The notes under the pieces are model-generated. The model saw only the letters and a list, made by a program, of their open reading frames with translations, had not been told where the DNA came from and searched no databases. Positions 38,582-50,684 of a DNA stretch of 64,000 bases are shown here, piece by piece. The DNA is from Eledone cirrhosa (lineage: Eukaryota), in the NCBI GenBank assembly GCA_964016885.1, contig OZ024743.1:351230001-351294000 (forward strand). The letters are read 5' to 3'. Each line of letters begins with the position of its first letter. Position 1 is the first letter of the stretch. Made by a program: the position numbers and the translations under genes.

Positions 38582-39827
38582 CGCATGTGCAACCCCGAAG
38601 AACTAGAGAGATACATACAACATTTCATCCACCGTATGCAGTTCTCTGGCTACAATCAGAGAGATAAAATCAGAGTGTATAGAGGAGCCAGAACCAAATG
38701 GGAAAAAATGGTAAATAATGACATAAATGGGACCTGTCCCTTGTATAGGAGCAAATTTTGGAATAGAATAGAAAGAACTAGGAACAAGGCTAATAGAATA
38801 AACTCATGGTATGATAGCAATAAATACCAGAGTGTAATGTTCATCGATACAACCCCTAGAGGTGAATTAGCTTACAAATTTAGAAGGGCCCTAAATAAAC
38901 ATTAACTCAATATTACGATAGTAGAAAGACCAGGTACCTCCGTAAAAACACTCATTAGCAAGACATACCCTTTTCAAAGACCCTCATGTATAGATAAGAA
39001 ATGTATAACCTGTAAAATAAGCCCCCATATTAACTGTAAAATTAGAAATGTAGTGTATAGCATAAGATGTACCGAAGGACAATGTAGAGACAAAAATATA
39101 GTGTACATAGGTGAGACAGCTCGTAGTGTAGGGGAACGGATAAATGAACACTGGCGAGACCTTCAAGATAGTAAAGAATCATCTGTACTCTACCAACATG
39201 CTAAAATAGAACACAAGGGTAAATTAGAGAACATAGAAATAAAAATAGAATCTACACACAGAAAAGACGCAATGTTTAGACACATTACAGAGGCAATAAA
39301 CATAAAAGAATTACAACCAAAATTAAATAGAAAATATGAGTGGAACAGCAACATCACAACTTACAATTAAGGACAAAATGAAAACACACACACACATAGA
39401 ACAAACAACCAACCAGTAACATGTAAATAAACAAATAAATAAATGAACATAAACACACACAGACACCCGGATGTGGCGCATGCGCAGACTGAACACACAA
39501 AACACACACAGAAACAAAATGGCGTAGGACAGAACAAAGGAGAGGCGCAGTAACAAAGAAAGGAATCCCCAGTCACTGAAGAGGTCACAGAGTGTGTGAC
39601 GAAAGAACTATGACAATATATAAACAACTATCTGGTTGTGGAACCAACCAACCAACCAGAAATTTATAAATTTATAAATTTATTATAAATTTATTATAAT
39701 AAATTGAAGTGAAAGCAACTGGTGCGTGTGTTTCTTATTGGCAGCATGACCCTCCCAAAGTATAACAATACCGGTTTCAACACACGATTTCAGATAAAGA
39801 ATCTTGCTAAACAAATTCAGAAACGAA
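38582..39827 (+). mobile_element. Penelope-like element, inverted right arm with ~58-nt tail extension
   Basis: Reverse complement of 36577-37763 plus the tail 39770-39827, which is also seen at 5977-6035. Confidence 0.95.
39572..39614 (+). ncRNA. Minimal hammerhead ribozyme
   Basis: gtca CTGAAGA g gtcaca gagtg tgtgac GAAA gaac TA tgac. Confidence 0.75.
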
Positions 39828-39941
39828 ATATATATATATATATATACTTATATATATACTTATATTTATACTTATATACTTACTGGTAATAAGATAGTAA
39901 TAAATGACTATCTTTCACTATTTGGGGTTTGTATAAAAAAT

Positions 39942-40540
39942 ATATTGTTATACTTGGGGAGGGTCATATTTGCGTAATATTGCCAGAATTAATAACAGAA
40001 CACACTCACTGTTTGGTTGGTTTTCGCTTCTCGCTGTCTTTTATATCTGCGATCTAACTTACTCGGTCCTCAATGTTCCCATTGACTGACCGACGGTCAA
40101 AAATAATACAGATACAATATAGACACAAACACATATATATAGTTTATATAATTTACATAAATCTTTCGTTGCACATCTGCAACATCGTCAGTGGTGTTAT
40201 ATTTTTTTTTTCCTCCTGTTGTGTTGTATGTCTACGCCATTTTTTATTCAGTCTGTCTATATATTTATTTATTTATTTGCTTGTTTGTTTATTTTATTTT
40301 GTCTTCTTTGCGCATGCGTTTGCGTGTGTGTATAGTGTTATGTGTGCTGTGTGACTAGTGTGTATAGTGTTGTGTCTGTTGGGTGACTAGTGTGTGTTTA
40401 TGTGCTTGTTGTTATTGTGCTTGTGTATGTATTTATTTATCTTATTTTATTTTATTTTATTTACTTATTTATACTTCTCTTAGGTCAGTGTTGTTTGTTT
40501 GGGTGTTGTTGTTGTCCCACTCATTCTTTCTGTTTAGCTA
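39942..40540 (-). mobile_element. 3' fragment of a second Penelope subfamily
   Basis: Shares the terminus ATATTGTTATACTTKGGGAGGGTCAT. Encodes LNRKNEWD (cf. LNRKYEWN). Confidence 0.8.
40155..40194 (-). ncRNA. Minimal hammerhead ribozyme
   Basis: cca CTGACGA t gttgca gatg tgcaac GAAA gatt TA tgt. Stem II has a different sequence from the 39572 copy but keeps its pairing. Confidence 0.7.
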
Positions 40541-40621
40541 AACAAAAAAATATATAACCATAAAAGGTTTTATTATATACATAACCATAAATAGTATCCT
40601 TAATACTTATATATATACTTA

Positions 40622-41047
40622 TATGAAGGCTGAAACTCGATTTCGAGTAATGCCATCGCTTGATACTTAAGCATGAGCATCACGGGCGTGGCTTTTTAGA
40701 CCAATCCTACTCACTGAACATCGAATGCCTTTTCCCCCAATGGTCTACATCATTGGATGCAAACGAAGTCGCAGGTTTTATATCAGAGTGACATTCTCCC
40801 AGAGAGATGTCTTAATGAAGATTATGAGTCTCTCGCTCCACAAAAAAAAAACTTTATTGGATGACCGTTGACTCTCCTGAATTCCTCTGTCCTTTGACGG
40901 GTTTTGTTTTTCATCTCGCAGGGTGCCTAAAATCACCCTCGTTACCAAGCAGGCTTGGTAGGGTTGCCGGTTTAGTCGCCAATGACCCGATCAGGTACAG
41001 GTATTACTAGGTTCCATGTTACCAGTAGCGTTGAAGAGCGACTTGAC
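40622..41047 (-). mobile_element. N1 non-autonomous RTE-derived element
   Basis: Homologous to 51221-51758. Its end TGAAGGCTGAAACTCGATTTCGAGT resembles the RTE relic end at 4838. Confidence 0.7.
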
Positions 41048-41078
41048 ATATATATACATATATACATATATATGTATA

Positions 41079-41191
<113 letters not shown>

Positions 41192-41839
41192 GGGGTGCAT
41201 GTAAATATATATGTTGTATTTGCAGGAAGACAACATACACGGATCGATTTATCTGGAATAGCCAGATCAACATTCAATGACACGGAAAATGAATCCATTG
41301 TTATAGAGTAGCAAGTGATTAATTATTTAATTTTGAAGGATGTGTACCGATAATTCAATGGCCCAGACCTTTCAACATTCTGAATCTCCCTGGGAGTACA
41401 CGTGATTGTGCAATGTTCAGCTATTTACACGTTAATTTCATGAGCAGGCTCTTTCGTTGATAGCACAGCTGGAACACTGATCATTGAAATTCACAGACCT
41501 CCATTCCACACACACACACACAGACACACAGACACATACACATACACATAAACCTGCTATGGTCATATAGCTTCTAATTGAATGGAAGGAAGCATGGGCA
41601 GCGTGTTGAAGTAATGGGAACACATTGGTCCAGCAAACCAAAGATATGGGTTCGTTTCCCATGTACGTCAATACTCATCCTTTTTTCTATTCAGAGGTTT
41701 TTTTTTAAAATCCCTAATAATAACAAACTATTCTATTTAGTCAAATTCGGCGTAAGCACATGTTACTACCTAATATATATATATATATAATAATAAATAT
41801 ATATATATAATAATATATATATTATAATAACATATATAT

Positions 41840-41906
<67 letters not shown>

Positions 41907-41913
<7 letters not shown>

Positions 41914-42255
41914 GTGAGGTTTTTTTTACAAAATGAAAAATAACCGAGGTGTCCTACACGAGTGAAAGTATAAAGAAAAAGGGATGAAATCGAAAATGCA
42001 ACTGGAGTCTTATTTTTTTTTTTTTTTTTTTTTTTTTAAATATATATATTTATTTGGTTCCTTTACCGGTTTCGCAGTTCTTCTGCTTTTCAAATGAGAA
42101 AAACCACAGACCCTCCATCTCAACTCACTTTTTGAAAAGCAGAAGAACTGCGAAACCGGTAAAGGAACCAAATAAATATATATATTTAAAAAAAAAAAAA
42201 ATAAAAAAAAATAAGACTCCAGTTGCATTTTCGATTTCATCTCTTTTTCTTTATA
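41907..42255. mobile_element. HHR-bearing fold-back element in (TA)n
   Basis: Arms 41969-42098 / 42124-42255, with a unique tail 41907-41968 on the left only. Confidence 0.8.
42128..42165 (+). ncRNA. Minimal hammerhead ribozyme, U3-A8 core variant
   Basis: cttt TTGAAAA gcag aagaa ctgc GAAA ccgg TA aagg. Mirror at 42060-42093. Confidence 0.7.
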
Positions 42256-42506
42256 TATATATATATATATATATCCGTATATGTATGCGAGTATGTATGT
42301 GTATGTGTGCGTTAATACCTTTTTAATTATAAAGCTTTTACGTGTCTACACTTGAATATCATATTTCTCAGATAGTTGTCACCTTCTGCAATTAATAATA
42401 ATAGATTAATCAATTATAATTATTAAGATTATCATCTTTTAAATTTCGTAAATATTTGGATAATGAAGTGATGAAATGTATTTCTGTGTGATTGAATGTA
42501 TATACT

Positions 42507-42579
42507 GTTTATATAATGTATATATCAAGGTTTATATAATGTATATATCAAGGTTTATATAATGTATATATCAAGGTTT
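42507..42579. repeat. 23-bp tandem repeat x3
   Basis: GTTTATATAATGTATATATCAAG units. Confidence 0.9.
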
Positions 42580-42643
42580 AGCAAATAAGAAAAAGTTTCA
42601 AAATAAATTTTTTAAAATTCACTGTAGTCACTATGGTTACCTT

Positions 42644-42720
42644 TACCGAATCGGTTTCGAGTCTCAAAATTATATGGACAGTCCTTGCGGCCTTCCATTG
42701 AAAAGATAAACTCTCGTCAG
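42644..42720 (-). ncRNA. Hammerhead core with stems II and III but no stem I
   Basis: CTGACGA gagttt...agactc GAAA ccg att cgg TA. Confidence 0.55.
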
Positions 42721-42845
42721 ATTTGCTAAACCTTGATTATATATGTTCTGGCTCGTTAATTTATTAACCTGCCATTGAACCACATTAGCATATGGTTGGA
42801 CAATACATGTGTCCCTAGACGCTTTTTTGCGTGTAGGGATATATA

Positions 42846-42961
42846 CGATCTGAGTTCAAATCCCGCCGAGGTTGACTTTGCTTTTCATCCTTACGGGGTC
42901 GATAAAATAAAGTACCAGTAATGCACTGGGTAATTGCTGGCCTTGTGCCTAAAGTAGAAAC

Positions 42962-42967
<6 letters not shown>
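42846..42967 (+). mobile_element. 5'-truncated S1 SINE
   Basis: B-box through tail of the S1 consensus. Confidence 0.88.
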
Positions 42968-43033
<66 letters not shown>

Positions 43034-43054
43034 GAACACACACACATACACACA

Positions 43055-43088
<34 letters not shown>

Positions 43089-43258
43089 AGTAAGGCGGTT
43101 CACCACTGGATAGAACTGGTCATTCCATATAGCCAACTATGATGTAATATTAGGAAAAGTATTCCTTGTAGCCTCTTGGATTGTGTTTAGCATTATTCCT
43201 TTATTATATAACTATTAAAATAGTTATAAATGTTTATTGCATAATAGTATTATGCAAT

Positions 43259-43311
43259 AAACATCTGATAATGTCGCCAGGAACCTGGCCACTGAAATGT
43301 ACATAGTGTTT
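43259..43311 (+). ncRNA. Hammerhead ribozyme motif (G8A)
   Basis: aaacat CTGATAA tgtc gccag gaac ctggc cact GAAA tgtaca TA gtgttt. Confidence 0.65.
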
Positions 43312-43384
43312 GCTGAAATAAATCTTTGAAGGAATTTCAGCAGTCCGGCCTCCTGTCATTTTGCTCAATTATATATATATTCCA

Positions 43385-43590
43385 AACGATCGACTTTCGT
43401 CAAATCGAACCGAGGAAACAATGTTTCCGCTGGTCTTTCCAATTGCTAATACTATCTATCGGTCGCAACTCCAGGTAGAAGGAGCAACGTGAAATAAAGT
43501 GTCTTGCTCAAGGACATAACGCATCGCCTGGTCCAGGAATCGAACTCACAACCTTACGATTGCGAATCCAAGTCTCTAACCACACGTCTT
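43385..43590 (-). mobile_element. tRNA-derived SINE (family S2)
   Basis: Minus strand reads GTGTGGTTAGAG..GTAAGGTTGTGAGTTCGATTCC..GTCCTTGAGCAAGACACTTTATTTCAC. Confidence 0.85.
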
Positions 43591-43621
43591 CATATATATA
43601 TATATATATATTTTTTTTTTT

Positions 43622-44045
43622 TTAGAAAAATAGAGGTGTGACACACGAGTTGTGATATATTAGTAAAAAGGAAAAGAAAATGCTGACAAATTTTTCCCAG
43701 TGAAAAATAGTTTAATTAGAAATACGTATAAATTAGTAATAAGTATTAGTTAGTATTCAGTTTTAGTTTTAAGTTTTTACCGGTTGCGCATTTCTTATGC
43801 TTTTCAAAAATAATTTTGAGATAGAGAGCTCGTGATTTTTGGTCTAATCTGATTAGAGCAAAAATCACGAGCTCTCTATCTCAAAATTATTTTTGAAAAG
43901 CATAAGAAATGCGCAACCGGTAAAAACTTAAAACTAAAACTGAATACTAACTAATACTTATTACTAATTTATACGTATTTCTAATTAAACTATTTTTCAT
44001 TGGGAAAAATTTGTTAGCATTTTCTTTTCCTTTTTACTAATATAT
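43622..44045. mobile_element. HHR-bearing fold-back element: 391-bp near-perfect palindrome centred at 43850 plus left tail
   Basis: Arms 43655-43849 / 43851-44045. Tail GAGGTGT..ACACGAGT is shared with 41946-41963. Confidence 0.85.
43890..43925 (+). ncRNA. Minimal hammerhead motif, U3-A8 variant with A13C
   Basis: ttt TTGAAAA gcat aagaa atgc GCAA ccgg TA aaa. Mirror at 43775-43810. Confidence 0.6.
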
Positions 44046-44310
44046 ATATATATATATATAACCGAGGTTACAATCGCCTTTCGAGGTCGATACAAAGTAT
44101 CAGCCCAATACTGGAGTGAATTATTCTTCTATATCTCATTCTTGCTCCCTCTCTATCATTCTCTCTCCTTTTCCTAAACAAATTGGCCTTGTTCAAACCT
44201 TGAGAGGGATTGGCTCTCCTAAGTCTCAAGTGACCAAGACACGTCTTATGTCACGACAGCGTCCCTACGACTCCGGGTCAACTACTATATATATACATGA
44301 GACTGTTTGT

Positions 44311-44364
<54 letters not shown>

Positions 44365-44385
44365 CAGCAGCAGCAGCAGCAGTAT

Positions 44386-44432
<47 letters not shown>
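44311..44432. repeat. (TAG)n/(CAG)n microsatellite
   Basis: Direct reading. Confidence 0.98.
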
Positions 44433-44433
<1 letters not shown>

Positions 44434-44690
44434 GTCTTGGTGACACAAAAATGTGAAAAATGAAAACACGTGGTTGACGAAATATTCGCACAAAAATATT
44501 TTTAAATGTGTAAGCAATAGAAATATTTACGACAAATGGTAAATAAAAGGGACCAATTATTAAAGTAGACTGAATAGAGAAAAGAATAAGATATACGAAA
44601 AGAATAGGAATGATACCGATTTGGAGAGACGGTGTCTTTTCAAAGGCAACATAAATTATAGATAAATCGATCGATAGATAGATAGATATG

Positions 44691-46402
44691 TTTCTTTATT
44701 AGCCACAGGGGCACAAAAGAAGGGGACAAATACAAAGGGGGAAGTTTACATACAATAAAAACGTGTAAAATATTATCACAAGTGTAATTTAAAAGTTAAT
44801 CGATTTTCCCCAATAGGGGGAGACAGTTCATATGGGTAACACATACCCCCGAAAAAAATGTGCAACCATCATCTCCAGGAGTACGAAGAGTTGGTACCCC
44901 TTTCCTCTCTACCTCCTTTTCCTCAACCTACAGGCTGATATAGAGAGAAGGCCCATTCACTCGGGCCATTCTCGCCACTTTCACCCACCTTTCATAAAAC
45001 TTGCTGGGGTACAGCACCTCTCTCTCCATCCTGATTCTTCTTCCAAAATAATATTTGAAAAAACGAATCAGTTGTTGGCCGGAGAGAAATGTGTCTGACC
45101 CCAGCCCTTTTAACCTCGTCCACCATACAACCTCGTTCGCCATAGCTATCACACAAAGTAAAACCGCCTCTCCCTCGTTTTTGAAGGAGGGTGGCGGTTT
45201 GATTATGACAATGGACTGTGTGGTCAACTGGATTGGTTCCACCCGCGACAATAGTCATTCTGCATAGCCCCACAGGTCGGTAACGCCCGGGAAGTGTACA
45301 AATGCGTGCGCGACGGTTTCCTCGTCGCGCACGCATCTCGTGTTTGTAGAGCTTGTCTCGAACTGGTAGAGCTCCTAGGTAGCACTGCCAGGCCAGGGAA
45401 TTTTGGAAGTTGTCCATCGGTCCCTGGCGGAAGGTTCTACCGAACAGACTGGCCAGTTCGTTTTCCTCTACGCCTAGAGTTTCTCCGAGCGCGTCGTCGC
45501 ACTTTCTGCGAACCAACCCTCAATAGAATGACAAAGCGGAGTCTCCACTGATCGCCGGTCCGCCTGCCAGAGGACTGTGAGCGCCTAAGCACATTCGATG
45601 TGCCAGTCACCCATTTTCCTCGGTCTTTGCTTGACCCAGGATTGCAGCTCGGTCAGCGAGACGAGTCGTGGGAATGCTCGTCTCACGAACGGGGCCCACA
45701 CCGGTTGTACGGTGAAGAATACGTTGGAGTGCCGCAGCCTGAACACGTGTTTGTGCATCGTCAGCCACGGCATCTCCAGCCCTCCGTTTGAAGGGTGTTG
45801 GCAGCAGATGGATCTTCTCACCAAAGGAGCCCGCTTCTTCCAAAGGAATTGGAAGAATGCGCGCTCCATTTTGGTGAGCATTTTGGCTGGACAAGGCACG
45901 ACGGTCAAGTGGTAGTAGATGACGGACGCTATAAAAGTGTTCACCACCTCCGCTCGACCTTTCAAGGATAGTTTGCACTCGGCCAACTTTTGGGTGAGTG
46001 CAAACAGTTCTTCTCCACCTGGAGGTCCGGACCAAACCAGACCCCGAGCAGCTTTACCGGTCCTTCCGTTCAGCGTCTGACGACGCCATCGGAAGGCATC
46101 GGTTTGCCTCTCCACAATCCGAGTTGCAAACCGATGGACTTGTCCCGGTTCAGTTCGCTCCTGTGAACCTTTCGTATTCCTTCAATAAGGTGCCAACTTC
46201 CTCGATTTGCGAGGTGCTCGACACCATTACTGTCACGTCGTCGGCGTAGGCCGACGCCGCTTTCCCCAGTCCCGGTTCCAGAGGGATGCCCTGCAATAGC
46301 TCCAACTTCCGCAGTAGTGACTCGAGAGTCAGTACGTACAGAAGGGAGGAGAGAAGGCATCCCTGTCGAATGGATCGCGTGATATGGAACGGCTCTGAGA
46401 GG
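44691..46402 (-). mobile_element. 5'-truncated Tx1-clade LINE (element B), 3' end at (GATA)n
   Basis: Degraded ORF2 3' part (LSLKGRAEV, LPVRDKL). 3'UTR ends GTGGCTAATAAAGAAA then TCTA repeats. 5' junction runs into (GGT)n. Confidence 0.93.
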
Positions 46403-46477
46403 TGGTGGTGGTGGTGGTGGTGGTGGTGGTGGTGGTGATGCTGGTGCTGGTAGTGCTGGAGCTGGTGGTGGTGGTGG

Positions 46478-46510
<33 letters not shown>

Positions 46511-47002
46511 GGTGTGATGGGGATGATATTGTTGATGTTGCTGATGTTAAGGCGTTAGGATAAAGAGATTTAGGGAAAAACAAAATCATCAATCTATGAA
46601 ATGTTTGGTACTATCGTAAATATTACAGCAATCATGTGTAAACCACAAGCCCGCACGAACACACAGACATATATGCACATGCAAACCTACTAACAACCGA
46701 AAACATATACACTCGTTAAAAGGGCACATAAACGCACTCGCCTCGTTAAATATAAAGATTGATACACTGAAATATACATACATTCACACACATAGATGTG
46801 TGCCCACGTGCGAATGTACGCATGGTTGTGTTTATACGTTAAAAAGAATATGTGCAGATGCGCATATATATCATATATATATATATATACACACACATAC
46901 ATGGGGATGTATGTGTTTGGGAGGGTCATACAATTCCTCCTCCATTTACCATTCCTTTTTCTCCCCCCCCCCCCATTGTTGTCTCTCCATACTCTAAAAC
47001 AT

Positions 47003-47057
47003 AGTCTTGTCTGATGACACTGTGAGTACACAAGAGAAACTCCAAAGTAACAAGACT
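47003..47057 (+). ncRNA. Type I hammerhead ribozyme with 8-bp stem I
   Basis: agtcttgt CTGATGA cac tgtg agta caca aga GAAA ct ccaa ag TA acaagact. Confidence 0.8.
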
Positions 47058-48745
47058 CAAACCTGAGGTGAGACATGGAAAACAGCGGGTACACAAGTGT
47101 CATTAGGAGATTGACTTTGAAGTCCCTTGGTTCCGCGTTCTGACTTCGATCCAAACGTTCAAAATATTGGACAAATGACTTCTACTATAGCCTCGGATTG
47201 ATCTACATCTTGTGAATCACAGTATGTAGGCCGAACTAGTGCGGATCTTTGTCGAATGGACTGTACATGTTCTTCAGCGGTATACTGGATCTGTCACCCT
47301 GTTTAAAACTCCATTTAACCCTTAGGCTCTTTTAAACATCAAGATCAGATCTCTAGTTTAAGTGTGACTCTTTTCTTTTTCCTAACCAGTTCGGATATAC
47401 TTTATGATGTTATAACTGATAAATTCTTCATAGTCGGTTTAAATATGCTTTAACAGTTAACTCCAGTTTACATTCATAGTTCATTTTCCGTATAATGTAT
47501 CTTTGTGTTGATTTTTTGTTTTTATATTGTTATTACACTATACAGAAAGTTTTATTTAAACAACTTTAGACCGGATACTTCATCCGAATACTTGTAACAA
47601 ACTGAAGTCTACAAAGAACCACGTGGAGGTGTCAAATTGAACAAAGGATTACGGCTACCACCCCCACCCCCACCCCCAAAATCAAGACCAGTCCCATCAG
47701 CTGCATTCTACACTATTTCTGTCACAACAATTTCATTCACAGGATTTAAGTTAATCTAAGGCTATGGTATAAGATACTTGCCCATGGTGCTGCGCAGTAG
47801 GATCGACAGTGGGATCGAACACGGAACAATGAATTTACAAAGCCTGTATAATATAGTGTTTTCTCTTGGTAGTGTAGTTCTCTTGCTATAATTCAGTGTT
47901 CATGATACTACGTTTACAACTACTTTCAATATCCGCTACTACACTTGTAGCCTGTAGTAGTTTACTATCATATTAGCTTACAACGATTTTAGCATCTCAC
48001 AGTAACGCTGCTCGTTGTAGCTTACATAAGCGCGAGGAAATAAAACGATGCAGCTATCAACTGAAGCTGGCCTTTTCCCCCTTCCCTGCCTTGCCAAGGA
48101 TAATCTATGAATTTGTACTATTGAATTATCTGGCCTTGTTCTGACATATGGCAATGGAGTCGCAACGGGTAGCCGTATGGGGAGACATACCAACAAGACA
48201 AATATGAGACTCCGATTCGATTTCTAGTTGGATTTATTTCAATTTAATTAAACAAGTAATACCTCTGTATCACTGTTCGATTTTCATAACTTTTCGTTCG
48301 ATTCTACAATGAATGTGAGACTTTATAGCAATTTACGAGACCGATGTTTTTGGTATGTTTCTGAATTGCGTCTAGATAGTATGGAGGTGGATGGGGACAA
48401 ATTAAGGGGGGGCATTCTTTTTTATAAAATAACGGTATTTGACTTCAATTAGGACAATGATATTAAGAAGGGAAATAAGTACATTTTAAAATACGTGCTT
48501 ATATGGTAAAAGAGAAATATATGAAACTGTGAGCGGGTGAACTGTTGTTAATAGTGTTACAACACTACCATGCAGTGACTGTTAGAGTACAACAAATAGT
48601 GTTACTTATGTTGTATCAATAGAAATGATGAGATGTTGTAATGTTATGTATTGAATTAGACGGTCACTGTTCCATTGAAATTACATTTCGATATTGACTT
48701 GGTAGTACAAAACCAGATAGAACACACACACCATAGATATATAAA

Positions 48746-48822
48746 CAGGGTGTCCCAAAAAATATATACTTACTTCAACAGCATTCTAAAAATAGTGTGT
48801 ATACATTTTTTGGGACACCCTG
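48746..48822. mobile_element. 77-bp Tc1/mariner-type MITE
   Basis: Terminal inverted repeats CAGGGTGTCCCAAAAAAT / ATTTTTTGGGACACCCTG. Confidence 0.75.
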
Positions 48823-48824
48823 TG

Positions 48825-48904
<80 letters not shown>

Positions 48905-48943
48905 CATATATCTACATCTTTATGTATGTATGTATATTTATAA

Positions 48944-49267
48944 AATAAATATAATCTGAGTTTTTCGAATATTAATAATAACATTCGATTCGTTCGCAAT
49001 TATGCAAACAAGCCTCAATTTTATAGCCATGTCAGTAGAATGAACCCTTCATTCTTGCTCTTGTGTTGGCATGCGAACAGAACTGCAGACACTAATGTTT
49101 CTGGGTATCTCCCTTCATCAGTACAGCTCACTGTTCACCTGCCAACACAAGAGAAAGAATGAAGGTTTCATTCTACTGACATGGCTATAAAATTGAGGTT
49201 TGTTTGCATAATTGCAAACGAATCGAATGTTATTATTAATATTCGAAAAACTCAGATTACATTTATT
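48944..49267. mobile_element. Fold-back element with 137-bp arms and an HHR in the loop
   Basis: 48944-49080 pairs with 49131-49267. Confidence 0.85.
49082..49127 (-). ncRNA. Type I hammerhead ribozyme
   Basis: gctgta CTGATGA a ggg agata ccc a GAAA ca ttag tg TC tgcagt. Confidence 0.8.
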
Positions 49268-49791
49268 GTATTCAGCCATGTAGAGCGAAATTTTTCTTTT
49301 GTATATGTTTATATATACATACATTTACACACATACACACACACACTCACACAAACATTTATTGCCTTTGGAAAATAGAAAGATATTATCATTTTCCATA
49401 TATGGGTGGAAAATATTAGTCTCCTGATTTTTTCATAGCAAGAATTTTTTCTTCACTTAAGACGTAATTCTCCCTTCTTACATTTCGCCACATCTCAAAG
49501 GAACGTCTTCACGCGTTACCGTTAAGTCTTTCTATTTTGAAAAAACAATGTTTGGGCGTAATCTTTTTCTAATTTACTTCTGAGTGCACTGATTGATATT
49601 TCTCAATTTCAGAAGATCCTACTTTATGGTGAAAGCAGAAATTGTTTGCTTAAACTTTTAATCTGTGTTAATAATATTGGCTCTACAAGTTTATATATAC
49701 GTCTATATATATATACGACCCTTATCAAGTCCTCTATGGATTTTGGTCTTTGTATATATTATTACTACTACATATATATATATATATATAC

Positions 49792-50088
49792 AATAATTGT
49801 TTCTATTTTTTGGCACAAGGCCAGCAATTATCCCAGTGTATTACTGGTACTTTATTTTATCGACCCCGTAAGGATGAAAGCAAAGTTAACCTCGGCGGGA
49901 TTTGAACAATAATTGTTTCTACTTTAGGCACAAGGCCAGCAATTACCCAGTGCATTACTGGTACTTTATTTTATCGACCCTGTAAGGATGAAAGGCAAAG
50001 TCAACCTCGGCGGGATTTGAACTCAGATCGTAAAGGGACGTAACTATGCTGGAAAGCATAGCGTCCGACCCTCTACCGATACTGCCAA
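49792..50088 (-). mobile_element. Two tandem S1 SINEs (partial plus near-full)
   Basis: 49792-49908 and 49909-50088 match the S1 reverse complement. Confidence 0.9.
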
Positions 50089-50684
50089 TATGAGAGGTAT
50101 ACAGATATATGTGCATACATACATATACATGTATATATAAACGTATATTTTTCACAAGTATGTGAGATTGTATGTTGTCAACCTTAACCAGTGTTGCTCT
50201 ATGATTATGAGAGACAAGATAATCGAAATAATTAAATTGACACAATATCAGAGCTATGTAAAATATTATAAAATAAGAAGGAATAATAGACACAATATAC
50301 CTATTTTTTCTTCGTCCCGACTGTAGTTTCGCTGGTCACTATGCAAGAATGTTATATCATAGATATGTAACATTGTTGTGAGGTAAGCCAGCTTATCAAG
50401 GGAGCACCTCAGGGAAGAGCCCTAACTACATACGTCCGTAGCATGCGAGAAAATCTCAAAAAGGCGGAGGGAGACTCTATCACGTGATACACCGGTCAAG
50501 AAAGGGGATTAATCCCTTGTAGTAGTGAAAAATATCTCAGAAGGCGGGGGGGGGGGTGATATTAATATGATACAGAAGCTACAGAGGGGTTGTAAGGTTG
50601 ACTAGAAGTGTATATAGTGTTTGCTTGAAAGCAGTCACTATACTTCCGTGGTTACTCTACCGTGAGGGAGTAAGAGACAATAAT

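Noticed and set aside
42507-42579. CRISPR-like array
   Set aside because: Contiguous tandem repeat without spacers in eukaryotic DNA; no cas genes.
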